A stretch of 51,928 nucleotides of DNA, filler included, from Bipalium vagum (lineage: Eukaryota), in the NCBI GenBank assembly GCA_037834085.1. It is 3 parts of 3 records of this genome, joined end to end, with 100 filler letters (N's around TTAATTAATTAA, not from the genome) between each part and the next. Parts side by side here need not be neighbours in the genome. Positions count along the whole stretch, not along the records: positions 34,219 to 51,928 come from JBBMKC010054666.1; 2 more parts are not named here. One strand, given 5' to 3'. Positions 50,958 to 51,928 of this stretch are shown here, one piece after another. Positions within the stretch are counted from its first letter, which is position 1. Each line of letters opens with the position of its first letter. A program made the position numbers and the translations under genes. Under the pieces are notes generated by a model, which saw nothing but the letters and a program-made list of their open reading frames with translations, was not told where the DNA came from and did no database searches.

Positions 50958-51003
50958 CTGAAAATCAGTAAATATTATTTTATTTCTGATCGGAAATACT
51001 TAC

Positions 51004-51260
51004 AGTGTACCCTTAAAGGTATTTGACTACTGCTACTAACAATACTGTGTTCTGAGCAATTTTGCAGGAATGTATTTTCAGAAATTTCTGTTTCGGGTAG
51101 CAAATTACTGATACATTCATATCCTGTTACTGAAGACAACACTTGACATCGGATGAGCATGGAGTTTAGATTGCGCTTTATTTTCAATTTTATCATTCCG
51201 TATGGATCAGAATATTTTATAACCTTCATTTTACTCGTTTGGGGATCATATCGAATCCAA
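51004..51260 (-). CDS. Kirre/Neph-like receptor, Ig domain exon (first in window; the 5' exons appear to lie beyond the window)
   Basis: atttag|...t|gtaagt. WIRYDP...RNLNSMLIRCQV...PLRVH, joined in frame over a 46-bp intron. Confidence 0.85.
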
Positions 51261-51857
51261 CTAAATAATTGCTCCATTGAAAAATTATTATTTCAAAATT
51301 TATTAAAAGAATTTGTAGTGATGTACGCATATTAAATATAATTATATTATTTTTAATTATTCCACATAATATAATGAAATCCACGAAGTTATTTAATTTC
51401 AAGACAGTTCGATCAATAATAAAACAAATTCATTGAAATAAAAGAAAAAAGTGAATTAAAAATATTGACAAATATTTATGATCATTTTCTCTATTATTTT
51501 GGAGAAATATAAAATAAATAACTGTCAAATATATTCTCAAGAAAATATATTTTTCATTACATTTGTCAGAACTATTTCAAGTAATTACAAAGCTCATTTC
51601 ATTTGGTAACGTTAAAAACCTTTTAAGGACGCAGAATCATAAATTAATCAGAAATTAACATTAGATTAATAAATGTTAACACTTCTGACATATTGAACCT
51701 TTTGCCAGCGGCCTTCAAATACAGTATATACGGCTTCAGTGTTTTTAGTATTTAAGTGTTATAATAAATATTTTAATTTAATAATTTTTTTAATAAAATA
51801 TATGTACGAATTTTTTAATTTTTAAAGGTATATTAAATTAAAAAATGAAAATATATA

Positions 51858-51928
51858 TTGGGTTGTGGAATAAGTTCTGCATTATTTTTAAATAATAAAG
51901 TTTATACAAAATTTTCTCAAATAATTAT
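51858..51928 (+). mobile_element. Probable mariner TIR running off the window end
   Basis: TA-TTGGGTTGTGGAATAAGTTC resembles the other mariner termini here. Confidence 0.45.

Noticed and set aside
1-51928. CRISPR arrays or prokaryotic operons
   Set aside because: No repeat-spacer array seen; gene structure is spliceosomal and eukaryotic.

Overview
Very AT-rich eukaryotic DNA, probably an invertebrate; the 33-46 bp mini-introns and protein style suggest a flatworm, which is inference. The window holds the 3' halves of two convergent, spliced host genes. On the + strand is a BRSK/SAD-1 kinase (exons 19318-26183; the kinase and UBA exons appear to lie upstream of the window, so 1-19317 is probably one large intron). 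On the - strand is a Kirre/Neph/SYG-1-like Ig transmembrane receptor (exons 51260 down to about 34030). Nested antisense in the BRSK intron is a compact orphan ORF (12235-12630) encoding a predicted secreted glycoprotein, the best candidate for something new. Introns and the intergenic gap contain more than 20 decayed Tc1/mariner elements of many families, including a plant-type DD39D-like element. There is also a hAT MITE, a Ty3/gypsy remnant, a possible RLE-type non-LTR remnant, (AAT)n microsatellites and three assembly gaps. No CRISPR, rRNA or intact tRNA was seen. All family calls come from manual translation and motif recognition, not database searches.
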